DNA of 64,000 bases, from the sequence record MN508624.2. One strand, given 5' to 3'. Positions 55,350-64,000 of this stretch are shown piece after piece. A program made the position numbers and the translations under genes. Position 1 is the first letter of the stretch, and each line of letters begins with the position of its first letter. A model generated the notes under the pieces. The model saw nothing but the letters and a program-made list of their open reading frames with translations. It searched no databases and was not told the origin of the DNA. The stretch comes from Enterobacter phage EC-F2.

Positions 55350-55809
55350 CATAACCACCACCGCAACGAACATCACCTTCAATGAACAGTTCGCGGTTAT
55401 CTCTCAGGAGATTGTATTTCTTTTCGAGTTCCGGCCCGAATGCGTCCGCGTCGTCATACCAGTCATAGTCATAACTTCCGGTTTCATCGTCGTATTCCGG
55501 TTCGTCGCCGCGCTCATTGAAGTGAACGATTTTAACATCATCCAGATTCAGTTCTTTCAGCTTGTCCCAGATGCGGGTTATTTCGACGCTATTACATCCG
55601 AACGCTTCCAGTGTGATTGTGCCGTCATCGTGTATTTGAGGTAAATCCCAGCGAGGACGAGTATCATCAAACATATCCATCAGAGATTCAACGTTTGACT
55701 CACCGTAAATCTTTGCAACTTCCTGTTCTTTACCAGGGCGGACAAGTCCGACCCCGATGATAAAACTACTGCTTGAGCTATTGCTAACGAACCCAGAACG
55801 AATCTTCAT
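55342..55809 (-). CDS. hypothetical protein, paralog B of the MKIRSGFVSNSSSSSF family (155 aa)
   Basis: N-terminal 17 residues identical to the ORF at 59247-59759; acidic Asp/Tyr/Trp-rich C-terminal half. Confidence 0.5.
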   Translation of the reverse strand: MKIRSGFVSNSSSSSFIIGVGLVRPGKEQEVAKIYGESNVESLMDMFDDTRPRWDLPQIHDDGTITLEAFGCNSVEITRIWDKLKELNLDDVKIVHFNERGDEPEYDDETGSYDYDWYDDADAFGPELEKKYNLLRDNRELFIEGDVRCGGGYDG

Positions 55810-55997
55810 CGTCTTGCCTCATATTTCGCGTTCTCCGCGATTTTCTCATGATACAGGTTGTATGACAACACCAGCGGGATACAAGCTACTATAAGCCCGA
55901 TGATAGCCAGTTGATATTCGCGTTTATCGAACGCCATGAATGTAATCGTAGCGCCCAGAATAAACACACCTAACGCAATGATGAAGAATAATGTCAT
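55806..55997 (-). CDS. small membrane protein (63 aa)
   Basis: Two TM helices; overlapping start and stop. Confidence 0.4.
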   Translation of the reverse strand: MTLFFIIALGVFILGATITFMAFDKREYQLAIIGLIVACIPLVLSYNLYHEKIAENAKYEARR

Positions 55998-56620
55998 TTT
56001 GGCAGGGTATCCATTTCACGAGATTTTGCTTTCAGGATGTCAATCACAGTAGTCATCGCCTGTTCTACATCACCATCATAGTGAATCAGGAATGTTTTGT
56101 GAAGTCCCATGATCAGACGATTGATGATATAAGCCATTTCTGACGGCAACAGTTTACCATTCTGGCGATCGTACTTTCCAAACAAGCGGTAGAGTTCTGC
56201 GCTGTTGCCTGGCTTCTCAATGCTGAAATTATGCATCCCAGACAGAATACCATCCAGATACAGAACAGTTTTGTTATCACTGCGCAGGTGTCCGCCGACC
56301 TTGTAGTAGTTGCTGAATACATACGGTTTTTCGCGGATATCTTCGATATCGAAATCACCATGATCTTCGATGTTGCCAACATGGGCGAAGAAATGATGAT
56401 CTTCCAGTTCGAGAAGGATTGCACCCTTTTTGTATGGGAATCCGACTAAATCGATCTGCCAGCCATTTTCACCGACAAAGACATCATCGACAACCACGAA
56501 ATCCGGCAGCATAGGCGCGTATGCGTGGTTCTTTTCGTTGTTTTCACGATAGGCTTGTGGTTCGGACAGATACAGGATATCGCCTTTTACAACTTCACCC
56601 CAGAATACGTTACGTGACAT
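55994..56620 (-). CDS. hypothetical protein (about 208 aa; start trimmed to the ATG with a GAGG RBS)
   Basis: RBS gaggaaaataatATG immediately downstream of the terminator after the vWA gene. Confidence 0.45.
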   Translation of the reverse strand: MSRNVFWGEVVKGDILYLSEPQAYRENNEKNHAYAPMLPDFVVVDDVFVGENGWQIDLVGFPYKKGAILLELEDHHFFAHVGNIEDHGDFDIEDIREKPYVFSNYYKVGGHLRSDNKTVLYLDGILSGMHNFSIEKPGNSAELYRLFGKYDRQNGKLLPSEMAYIINRLIMGLHKTFLIHYDGDVEQAMTTVIDILKAKSREMDTLPK

Positions 56621-56635
56621 ATTATTTTCCTCAAT

Positions 56636-56661
56636 ATGCCCCCTTTCGGGGGCGGTCATTG
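56636..56661 (-). terminator. terminator hairpin (gcccccgaaagggggc) after the vWA gene
   Basis: Perfect GC hairpin followed by an AU-rich stretch on the minus strand. Confidence 0.4.
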
Positions 56662-58908
56662 TTAGATTTTGACTTCTTTTTCTTCCAGGACGATTTCACA
56701 TTCGAATGATGTGGTTTCCCAGACTTTCCAGAAATCGGATGGAATATTATCTTCTTTCGGAAGAATATCTTTTGCAGCGATAGAAACTTTGGTTTCTTCG
56801 AAGTCCAGATCCGCGAACCATGCATGGGCTACTACAACACCGTACATTACGCGACTTAAACGGGCATTCAGTTTACGGACTTCCTGAATCGTTGCCTTTG
56901 TCTGCTTATCAAGATACTCGACTACCTGATCTTTGTCAAGCGCATCCAGTTCAGATTTCACCTGATCATAAGCCCACAGGATAATCAGGTCGCCGTTGTT
57001 CAGTTTCTTCTTACCTTCTTCACGCTTCGCGACGGTAGCCGCTACAGCAGGAAGGGAGGAAACACCCTTGATTTTCACGTTCAGTTCTTTCGACATGTAA
57101 ACATCAGTCGATTCTGTGCGCTCAACCTTCGGAGAGAACCCGTAATCACGAATACCCTGTTCAGACAGCCATTCACCCGCAGCCTCACCAAAGCGCTGTT
57201 TCAGCCCTTCTGCGTTGCGCAGTCCGATCGCGTTGTCACGGAAGAACTTCATAACCTTCTGACGGCCTTTCAGGATTTCCAGACGCACGTTATCAGTCAC
57301 GAACTCTTTACCGCTTAACCCGCGAGTCATGCCACGGTTAACCAGAGGCAGAGAGGTAAAGTCTACCAGAACAGACATACGATCATCACCGATTTTTTCG
57401 AGCGGCTTGATAGTCAGGCCAGAAGCACGAAGGTTTTTCAGTGTCGGAATATCGGTTTCCAGCGGCAGAACTTTAACGTTCACGATACCATCTTTAACGA
57501 TGGTGAAGTTACGCACCTGCTTAGTTTCGACTTTTTCCGGCAGACCGAATTCTTTCTGTTTGCTTTCTGGGATAGTCACATACCCTTCCAGATCCGTGTT
57601 GATGGAAATGTTCGGACGGGAACTGTTACCCACCAGATGTTTAACCGATACTTTGGTTGTGGTTTGGGTAAATTTCGGTGTCCAGACTTCATGCGCTACC
57701 ATTTGCGCCGCCAGTGCTTTACGTTCTTCTGGGGTTGCAGCGTTTGCGATCTGTTCGGTCAGTTGATCCAGTGTATCATCTTCTTTCTGTACCGTCTGAC
57801 GGCCTGTGCGGTTGTACGCCCAGTGCTCAGAAGACAGGTCGATCACTGTGTCAGTTTGTGCCAGCAGTTCGAGCGCATCAACCAGAGTGAACGCGTTTTC
57901 GTCTGGAACCATGTTGTAATCAATACCATCAACGAAACGCTGTGATGGATCTACAACAGCCTGTGCAATCAGGTCTTTCGCGTTGGAGTAGTCCTGTTTG
58001 GTAAAGCAGTTGTCATACGCCTTGATCAGACGGACATCACCCAGCTTTTGAAGCACTTTCCATGCCAGATCAGGGTTCATTGTGTGCAGTGCATGATAAA
58101 GCACGACATACAGAACTTGCTGTTCGCTGGCGATGTTCGGATCGAAACCGTCAACATCGTTGATCGCGTTTTCACCCAGCGCCCAGATGTTTTTGATGTG
58201 TTCTGGAACCAGCACAACACCGTTTGCAGCGTTCAGGACATACACGCGCCCTTCGTCCAGGTAGATCGCGTGGGTAGCATCAGCAACTTTGACTTCGATA
58301 CGTGCGGAAGTCTGCGCGGTGATGATTTCGTTAAATGCTGGTTCGTATGCGTCGAAACCTTCAACGAATTTGTGCAATGCGTTGGTTGCTTCTGCCATTT
58401 TTTCCAGCAGAGGACGGTTTACATAATAACCGTATTCCAGGAACGCGATACTGTTGAAAGTCAGTGGCAGAACCGCACACGCTTTCAGAATATCATCGGT
58501 ACGCCAGCAGTTATCATAACCATCGGTCAGGAAGATCAGGCTGTTCAGGTTGCCGTTTTCGGATTGCAGATCGGTAGCGATTTCCGCAGCCAGATTCAAC
58601 GGCTCAACAAAGCCAGTACAACCCGTAGGTTTCAGGTAACGGTCGATAGCCGCGCAGATGTTAGACAGGTCAGAGACATTGCTAACCTTCTCACCACGGA
58701 ACACCGTGCCGTAATCGCCTTTGCTGGAGAAGTACAGGATCGAAACGGTGTCATCCTGTTTAACCAGACTCGCCAGGTTTGCTTTCAGGTGTTTACGGAT
58801 CTTAGGCAGTTCGTTGTACATTGAACCGGATACGTCACACACGAAAACGTGGTTTGTCGGGGTTGGCTTCGATACAGCGTTTTTGAATTCGATATTTGTG
58901 ATTGACAT
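56662..58908 (-). CDS. large vWA (von Willebrand factor A) domain protein (748 aa)
   Basis: N-terminal MIDAS motif HVFVCDVSGSM (DxSxS) with a following vWA-like alpha/beta region; the remaining roughly 550 aa have no recognisable motif. Confidence 0.65.
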   Translation of the reverse strand: MSITNIEFKNAVSKPTPTNHVFVCDVSGSMYNELPKIRKHLKANLASLVKQDDTVSILYFSSKGDYGTVFRGEKVSNVSDLSNICAAIDRYLKPTGCTGFVEPLNLAAEIATDLQSENGNLNSLIFLTDGYDNCWRTDDILKACAVLPLTFNSIAFLEYGYYVNRPLLEKMAEATNALHKFVEGFDAYEPAFNEIITAQTSARIEVKVADATHAIYLDEGRVYVLNAANGVVLVPEHIKNIWALGENAINDVDGFDPNIASEQQVLYVVLYHALHTMNPDLAWKVLQKLGDVRLIKAYDNCFTKQDYSNAKDLIAQAVVDPSQRFVDGIDYNMVPDENAFTLVDALELLAQTDTVIDLSSEHWAYNRTGRQTVQKEDDTLDQLTEQIANAATPEERKALAAQMVAHEVWTPKFTQTTTKVSVKHLVGNSSRPNISINTDLEGYVTIPESKQKEFGLPEKVETKQVRNFTIVKDGIVNVKVLPLETDIPTLKNLRASGLTIKPLEKIGDDRMSVLVDFTSLPLVNRGMTRGLSGKEFVTDNVRLEILKGRQKVMKFFRDNAIGLRNAEGLKQRFGEAAGEWLSEQGIRDYGFSPKVERTESTDVYMSKELNVKIKGVSSLPAVAATVAKREEGKKKLNNGDLIILWAYDQVKSELDALDKDQVVEYLDKQTKATIQEVRKLNARLSRVMYGVVVAHAWFADLDFEETKVSIAAKDILPKEDNIPSDFWKVWETTSFECEIVLEEKEVKI

Positions 58909-59247
58909 TTAAATTTTCTCGTATTTGAATTTTTCTAAAATTTCGTTAACTTTATTGCTTACTGCTTCGACTGTACGATCACACCCGAACTTACGCGCCA
59001 GGAGTTCAACGTATTCATCCATCGTAGTGAGTTTGGATTCAGCAACGTCAAACGCAAGCGCATACATTACCGGATTCCATACCCGAACGATTTGGAGAGT
59101 ATACTCGTTCAGTTCAAATCGTTCAAGATATTTTCGCAAAGAAAATACATCAAACGGTGCGGGACGATCCTGGCTAAAGGGGATCGACTCCCCTAATGCA
59201 TAGCGAGGCATAACAACACAAACTTCTGTTTTCAGTTTATTATCCAT
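58909..59247 (-). CDS. hypothetical protein (112 aa)
   Basis: Operon ORF between paralog A and the vWA gene. Confidence 0.4.
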   Translation of the reverse strand: MDNKLKTEVCVVMPRYALGESIPFSQDRPAPFDVFSLRKYLERFELNEYTLQIVRVWNPVMYALAFDVAESKLTTMDEYVELLARKFGCDRTVEAVSNKVNEILEKFKYEKI

Positions 59248-59759
59248 CAGTGATGACTCTTTGATGTGTGTTCAAGGTTGCGGAAGATGTTTCCATGTTC
59301 CAGTTGAGTTCCGATCGGGCCGCATTCATCGGAGTACGTGAATTCATAGATAAACACGCCGTCCTGATTGCCGAACTTCGTGTTGTACTCTTCGTACAAC
59401 CACATTTTGATCAGAGCGTCTTTCTCTTCTGTTTCCAGATCGTACCAGTCTCGCCCGTCATACGCAAGCGCGATTTGAGGGTTTGAACGGTAGCGGGTTT
59501 CCGCGTTTTCTTCGGTTTCCCAGTCATAGCGCTTATCGTCGTAGAACGATTCAAAGCTATTACCCAGATGACCGCCTAAGTCACGATGAACGTGACTGAC
59601 CACTTCTTCCGCTGTCAACGGCGGATCGTAGTAACCACAATCAGGGACGCAATCGCCCATCATTTCGCGCAGGTTGTCGATATTAGTCGGATCTTTCGGG
59701 AACCGGACGATGAAACTACTTGATGAACTGTTGCTCACAAAACCAGAACGGATTTTCAT
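59247..59759 (-). CDS. hypothetical protein, paralog A of the MKIRSGFVSNSSSSSF family (170 aa)
   Basis: N-terminus identical to the ORF at 55342-55809; DNA about 70 percent identical over the first roughly 50 nt. Confidence 0.5.
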   Translation of the reverse strand: MKIRSGFVSNSSSSSFIVRFPKDPTNIDNLREMMGDCVPDCGYYDPPLTAEEVVSHVHRDLGGHLGNSFESFYDDKRYDWETEENAETRYRSNPQIALAYDGRDWYDLETEEKDALIKMWLYEEYNTKFGNQDGVFIYEFTYSDECGPIGTQLEHGNIFRNLEHTSKSHH

Positions 59760-59989
59760 TTTACATCCTCAAATTGTAAGTTTTCTTTGGTTGCGTTCGC
59801 AATGGCTTTTTCGTTGTTCAGTGTTACTATGCGCAGACGTTCGCCAGTAAAGCCGTCGCATTCAGTGATACTCACCCAGTCAAAAGGTTTAGCCATTTCA
59901 ATCGCACGTTCCAGCGATACGGTAGAACCGACTAAATCACTAAATGTATAGTAATCTTCGCTTAAACTTTCAACAGTATAAATTTTCAT
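59756..59989 (-). CDS. hypothetical protein (77 aa)
   Basis: Operon ORF. Confidence 0.35.
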   Translation of the reverse strand: MKIYTVESLSEDYYTFSDLVGSTVSLERAIEMAKPFDWVSITECDGFTGERLRIVTLNNEKAIANATKENLQFEDVK

Positions 59990-60228
59990 GATACTTTACC
60001 CTTTGTTTCGGATTTCAGGACGATGTTACTGTAAGGATCTTTTGCTACCAGTTCCCACAGGTCGCCAGGATGTTCCCCGCTACGGTAGACGGATGAACGG
60101 ATGATTTCGTTAAACTTGCTCAGGGCTTCGTCGATGTCGTCATACCCGCGTTTGAGGGGCTTACGATTGCAACGAATGAAGAACATTTCGTTGGTATTCT
60201 CCCCGCGTTCGGCGTTTTTATTTTTCAT
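59986..60228 (-). CDS. hypothetical protein (80 aa)
   Basis: Operon ORF. Confidence 0.35.
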   Translation of the reverse strand: MKNKNAERGENTNEMFFIRCNRKPLKRGYDDIDEALSKFNEIIRSSVYRSGEHPGDLWELVAKDPYSNIVLKSETKGKVS

Positions 60229-60497
60229 TCGAGCACCATTTTACCAATAACTTCTTCATAGGTCACAGGGTTCGGTTCATAACCGTTAGCGCCTATTGTA
60301 TCGCCTACTCTGTTCCCCACCAATACAGCAACCGCAACTTTCTTACCGTCTTTCCATGCGATGAATTCGAGATCATCGGCAACATACGGGAAGGTTTCGT
60401 GATTGTTCACTGCGTCGATACAGTCCAGAATGGTATCGGATGCGCAGATCAGATTACCAGGCTCACAATCAACAAGACATTCAACAGTATAGATCAT
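60225..60497 (-). CDS. hypothetical protein (90 aa)
   Basis: Operon ORF. Confidence 0.35.
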   Translation of the reverse strand: MIYTVECLVDCEPGNLICASDTILDCIDAVNNHETFPYVADDLEFIAWKDGKKVAVAVLVGNRVGDTIGANGYEPNPVTYEEVIGKMVLE

Positions 60498-60511
60498 AAT
60501 AACTTCCTCAC

Positions 60512-60536
60512 GAAAAAAGCCCCTTTCGGGGCTTGA
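60512..60536 (-). terminator. rho-independent terminator (aagcccctttcggggctt)
   Basis: Perfect hairpin plus TTTTTT on the minus strand. Confidence 0.5.
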
Positions 60537-60540
60537 TTAA

Positions 60541-60819
60541 TCAGTGTCCGAACACACCACGGATAGACTCTGCGAAAGCGTACAGTTCAGGGTTTTTCGC
60601 TTTCACTGTTTCGATTTGTTCCAGGATGTAATCTGGTTTGTATTTCGCACCGAACCAGCAGTAAGAGAAAGAACGATCCCACATGAACACGTTGTAGTAT
60701 TCACCGTTACGCACTTCAACCATCACGTAACCTGGATTAGAACCCAGCGGGTAATCTTTCAGGAGATTGAATTTCGCACCAGCGCCAGTACATCCGTTAA
60801 ACAGGTCATTAAAAGTCAT
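60541..60819 (-). CDS. hypothetical protein (92 aa)
   Basis: ATG preceded by a variant of the conserved leader (GAAACGAAACTGAAAAGGAAC). Confidence 0.45.
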   Translation of the reverse strand: MTFNDLFNGCTGAGAKFNLLKDYPLGSNPGYVMVEVRNGEYYNVFMWDRSFSYCWFGAKYKPDYILEQIETVKAKNPELYAFAESIRGVFGH

Positions 60820-60860
60820 GGTATGTTCCTTTTCAGTTTCGTTTCAACAAGGCCAATATA

Positions 60861-61076
60861 TTACACTTCGTTAAACCATGCAAGATATTTCTTCTCTTGT
60901 CTGTTCAAAACGTCATAACAAGAGGCGACACAAACGGTTTCCCACACAACTTCATCGTAAGCATTCACGAAGCGAATGATCAGAGTTTTGCCATTAGTCA
61001 TCAAAGCCGGAGTGAACCCAAGTTCTTTAACCGCTTTTACTTTCTTCTGGAATAACGCTTTAGTCATGTTAGCCAT
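60861..61076 (-). CDS. hypothetical protein (about 71 aa, MANMTKALFQKK...)
   Basis: ATG with an AAGGAGG RBS (ccgaaacaaaggaggcacaaaATG). Confidence 0.4.
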   Translation of the reverse strand: MANMTKALFQKKVKAVKELGFTPALMTNGKTLIIRFVNAYDEVVWETVCVASCYDVLNRQEKKYLAWFNEV

Positions 61077-61116
61077 TTTGTGCCTCCTTTGTTTCGGTAA
61101 AGCTAAGGTATCACTA

Positions 61117-62037
61117 TCAATCAGACAGTGCAAGCACTTTTTTAATTTGTTTTGCAATTGCTTCGATCACCGGAACCGAAACAGAGTTCCCTGCCTGTTT
61201 ATATGCTTGCTTCTTGCTTGTCGGGATCTGGAATGAATCTGGGAAGCCCTGCAAGCGGAAACATTCACGCGGGGTTAATCGTCGTGGGTTCTTCCCGTCC
61301 TGTAACACCAGACATTGAACACCGTCCTTGAAGTATTGGGCTGTTATCGTCCCAGTACACACAGAATCGCTTGTGACGGCCTGATAACCGAAACCCTTAC
61401 CGTTTGCCTTATTTCGTTCCTTACGCTCTCTAAAGCCTTTCCATGCGTTATCTGAGAGGGTGAATGAATCATCAGCATCTTCGAGGATGTCGCCTACGCG
61501 TGTAGGTGTACGCGGGGGAACAGGAAATGAAAAGAATACATCATCCAGGAAGCAGACAATAAACACGCGTTCCCGTCTTTGGGGTAGTCCGAAATCCTTT
61601 GTGTTCAGGCGTTGATAGAATACGTTATATCCTTCGGCCTCCAGAAGCCCGTAAATCGTTTTAAACGTCTTCCCCTTGTCATGGGTTAGCAGTTCAGGCA
61701 CGTTCTCAAAGAACAACACACGGGGCTTTTTAGCGCGTATAATGCGGAGGATTTCGAAGAACACCGTACCGCGTACATCATCAAAGCCCAGTTTCAATCC
61801 GGCTTTACTGAACGCCTGACACGGGAACCCCGCGAGCAGGATATCATGATCAGGTACTTTGTTTTCATCAATGGCGAATAGATCACCCTGTAGGTTATCA
61901 TCGCCCCAGTTTTCGATATATGTTTGCTGTGCGAACTTGTCGATTTCAGACGTTAAAAGGCATTCGACACCGCCGAACGCCTTATCAAATCCTAATCGAA
62001 CCCCGCCCACACCAGCGCAGAGGTCAATTATTTTCAT
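61117..62037 (-). CDS. C5-cytosine DNA methyltransferase (Dcm-class, short, 306 aa)
   Basis: Motif I IDLCAGVGG, motif IV GFPCQAFS, motif VI ENV, motif X-like QAGNSVSVPV. Confidence 0.8.
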   Translation of the reverse strand: MKIIDLCAGVGGVRLGFDKAFGGVECLLTSEIDKFAQQTYIENWGDDNLQGDLFAIDENKVPDHDILLAGFPCQAFSKAGLKLGFDDVRGTVFFEILRIIRAKKPRVLFFENVPELLTHDKGKTFKTIYGLLEAEGYNVFYQRLNTKDFGLPQRRERVFIVCFLDDVFFSFPVPPRTPTRVGDILEDADDSFTLSDNAWKGFRERKERNKANGKGFGYQAVTSDSVCTGTITAQYFKDGVQCLVLQDGKNPRRLTPRECFRLQGFPDSFQIPTSKKQAYKQAGNSVSVPVIEAIAKQIKKVLALSD

Positions 62038-62303
62038 ACGTCAAAATCAATCTCGTCGATTTTGTATGAGTTTTCGTCAATGTCCGCCCATAGGGTTACA
62101 TTAACGTGTTTGCTATCTTCGTACAACTGGCGACCATCAATCCCGCCCGTGTAATTACTTTCGGTACGTTCAGTAACTTCCAGTCGGAGGCTATCGCGCA
62201 TGATCTGAACAACAGCCTGTTCCAGTGTAACTGCGTCTGGGTTTTTGGTATCGCCCAGTACAACATCTTTAACGTTCAAAATAATATCAGTCATTAGTGC
62301 CAC
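62034..62303 (-). CDS. hypothetical protein (89 aa)
   Basis: Operon ORF; stop overlaps the MTase start. Confidence 0.35.
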   Translation of the reverse strand: MALMTDIILNVKDVVLGDTKNPDAVTLEQAVVQIMRDSLRLEVTERTESNYTGGIDGRQLYEDSKHVNVTLWADIDENSYKIDEIDFDV

Positions 62304-62536
62304 TCCGTTTTAATACCATGTCGGTATGCGTCAATCCCCAGCGGGGTAATCAGCAACCATGCTTTCGAATTATCGTGATAGCCCGTTACCCTTCGAGCGT
62401 AACCTTTTTGAATCAGGGCATCACGCCCTGATTTGCTGGGTACGTCATCGAAATCTAAGTCTAGCACCTTAGTTGCATATCCGTAAAGTTTATACAGAAC
62501 ATCAATTTCAGCGCCGGACAATTTAGGATACATCAT
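62294..62536 (-). CDS. hypothetical protein (80 aa), possibly wHTH-like
   Basis: Operon ORF; helix-rich basic segment ALIQKGYARRV. Confidence 0.3.
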   Translation of the reverse strand: MMYPKLSGAEIDVLYKLYGYATKVLDLDFDDVPSKSGRDALIQKGYARRVTGYHDNSKAWLLITPLGIDAYRHGIKTEWH

Positions 62537-63534
62537 TTGTAATACCCCACAACATGATCGCGGTATACGCGTTCGATGAAATCGTTCCAGAATTCGCGGT
62601 CAACTTCTTTCGGATATGTTGAAATCGCTGCAAGCCGTTCGACTTCGCCCATGACTTCTTCCAGCTTTTCCTGTACGGTTGCGAACGGTACACCGCCAGC
62701 TTTAACCAGTTTCAGGAATGCGCTATCAGGCAGAGGATAAACGATATCACCATCTTTGTAAATCTGGATCAACTGCATACCACCGCGTAAAGCGTGACTT
62801 AAAGCCTTCCAGTCGATGCCGTTGTTGGCTTCTGCTTGTCGTGCGCGTTCTCCGTATTCATCCCAGAGTTTATACACAGACTTACGCATTTCATCGGCTT
62901 TGATCGTGAACTGGAATTTACGCCCCAGCACTTCATAGAAGTCCTGACAACCAGATTTCATTGTCGTGTCGGTAACGAATCGACAGAACTCGTTTGTAGG
63001 GAAACGATCCTTGATGTCAGACACTTTCACTTCACGCGTATAGCGTTTCATATCTGGTGTGAATTCCTGAATACCACCGATCGTTTCGGTTTCTTTCAGT
63101 ACATCGACAACTTCGCGCAGTGCAGCCAGTCGGGAACCCTTCACGCCATATTTCGCGGCTTGCTTACGAACATAACCGAACAAGCCAGTTAGTTCAGTGG
63201 TGTAAAAACGCCAGCGGTTAGCGCGGATATACTGCCAGATTTCAGAGTTAGCGATCAGCTTGTCATCCGAAGCGTGAAGCATATCGAGCGCTACGGTATC
63301 ACCATCACACGCAAGACTAATGAACTTAGTCAGACTATACAACTGACGGTCAACGTCGTCTACGGTGTTTTTAGAGCTTTTATCGCCTGTGCTGGTGTCA
63401 ATAGTCTTCGGGGCTTTCCCCAGGAGAATATCGCGCGGGTGCGGGAGAAAGATCCCTTTATAGTCTTTGTCGCTTGTCGGTGTGTTCAGTCCGTACAGGT
63501 GAGAACCGAACACGGTTTCCATTACAGTTTTCAA
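62533..63534 (-). CDS. Pol-beta-superfamily nucleotidyltransferase-fold protein (333 aa)
   Basis: N-terminal hG[GS]x9-13Dx[DE] pattern FGSHLYGLNTPTSDKDYKG with a later acidic strand VALDML; the remainder is helical. Confidence 0.55.
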   Translation of the reverse strand: MKTVMETVFGSHLYGLNTPTSDKDYKGIFLPHPRDILLGKAPKTIDTSTGDKSSKNTVDDVDRQLYSLTKFISLACDGDTVALDMLHASDDKLIANSEIWQYIRANRWRFYTTELTGLFGYVRKQAAKYGVKGSRLAALREVVDVLKETETIGGIQEFTPDMKRYTREVKVSDIKDRFPTNEFCRFVTDTTMKSGCQDFYEVLGRKFQFTIKADEMRKSVYKLWDEYGERARQAEANNGIDWKALSHALRGGMQLIQIYKDGDIVYPLPDSAFLKLVKAGGVPFATVQEKLEEVMGEVERLAAISTYPKEVDREFWNDFIERVYRDHVVGYYK

Positions 63535-63929
63535 AATTCAACCCCCAGGGTTTTTGCGATACCGCGCAGTTCAGCGGTAGTGATATTTGGTACACGCGTT
63601 ACATGTCCACGACCGAACGCGTCTTTGATTTTATCAGTAAGTTCGACACGGTACAAATGTTCTTTGTATTCGTCTTCGCTGTGATAACCCTGTGTATGGT
63701 TATTCCAGTCATTAGCGCTACCAGTTTTTCGATCAAGTCGCTCAACACGGAAATCTTTAATATCGGTGATATTTGGATCTTCCGACGCATACAGGTATTG
63801 ACGGGCAACCTTGATCACATACAGGGTGCGCGGTCGTGGGGTATTGTGATGACTGTATCGACGAATACCAGGATCAAACAGGGTATCACCCACTTTCACA
63901 TCAGTTAAATCTATCATTTCATTTTCCAA
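63531..63929 (-). CDS. hypothetical protein (132 aa)
   Basis: Operon ORF upstream of the NTase gene. Confidence 0.4.
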   Translation of the reverse strand: MENEMIDLTDVKVGDTLFDPGIRRYSHHNTPRPRTLYVIKVARQYLYASEDPNITDIKDFRVERLDRKTGSANDWNNHTQGYHSEDEYKEHLYRVELTDKIKDAFGRGHVTRVPNITTAELRGIAKTLGVEF

Positions 63930-64000
63930 CGTTTTGACTTTTCACAGTAGAACACCGGAAGACGTGCCAGAACTGGCTTCACTACGTCTTCCCCTGTGTT

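Noticed and set aside
1-64000. CRISPR arrays, IS elements/transposases, integrase
   Set aside because: No spaced direct-repeat arrays and no transposase or integrase motifs were seen. The only repeats are the short leader cassette copies, the paralog N-terminal coding segments and the rnh/55 inverted repeat.

Overview
This window is a contiguous 64-kb segment of a T4-like (T-even type) myophage genome. Gene content and order track the T4 map closely.

Minus strand, about 450-21650, carries the early replication/recombination core: denV, dexA, dda, gp56-like, primase 61, helicase 41, uvsX, DNA polymerase 43, regA, clamp loader 62/44, clamp 45, gp32, gp59, gp33, dsbA, rnh.

Plus strand, 21978-46003, carries: late sigma gp55, recombination nuclease 47/46, a large J-domain protein, frd, td, nrdA, nrdB, denA (endo II), RNA ligase 1, an i-/o-spanin pair, pseT (polynucleotide kinase), cd (dCMP deaminase), gp31, an rIII-like gene, two tRNAs (Met-CAT, Gly-TCC), a GrcA-like glycyl-radical protein, a NADAR-domain protein and DNA ligase gp30.

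Next comes a baseplate hub module: gp27 on the minus strand, then gp28-like?, 29, 48, 54, 51?, 26?, 25 on the plus strand.

The last 11 kb (53.2-64 kb) is a minus-strand accessory block with no obvious T4 counterparts. It contains a C5-cytosine DNA methyltransferase, a Pol-beta-superfamily nucleotidyltransferase, and a 748-aa vWA-domain protein flanked by two paralogous genes.

The hallmark hmC-pathway genes are missing from their T4 syntenic positions: gene 42 and beta-gt (uvsX and 43 are adjacent), alpha-gt (between 47 and 55), and alc. Two DNA methyltransferases are present instead, one N6A and one C5. This points to a non-hmC T4-like phage that relies on methylation (inference).

A roughly 35-nt promoter/5'UTR cassette (tatattACACAYATCGAAACGAAACAGACAAAAGGAAC...ATG) recurs at least six times on both strands in front of small ORFs. 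In two copies it is fused to a terminator hairpin, resembling the PeSL-type mobile regulatory cassettes of T4-type phages.

No CRISPR array, IS element or group I intron was seen; td and nrdB are uninterrupted. Product calls rest on motifs and similarity recalled from memory, not on database searches. Coordinates of small features may be off by 1-2 nt.
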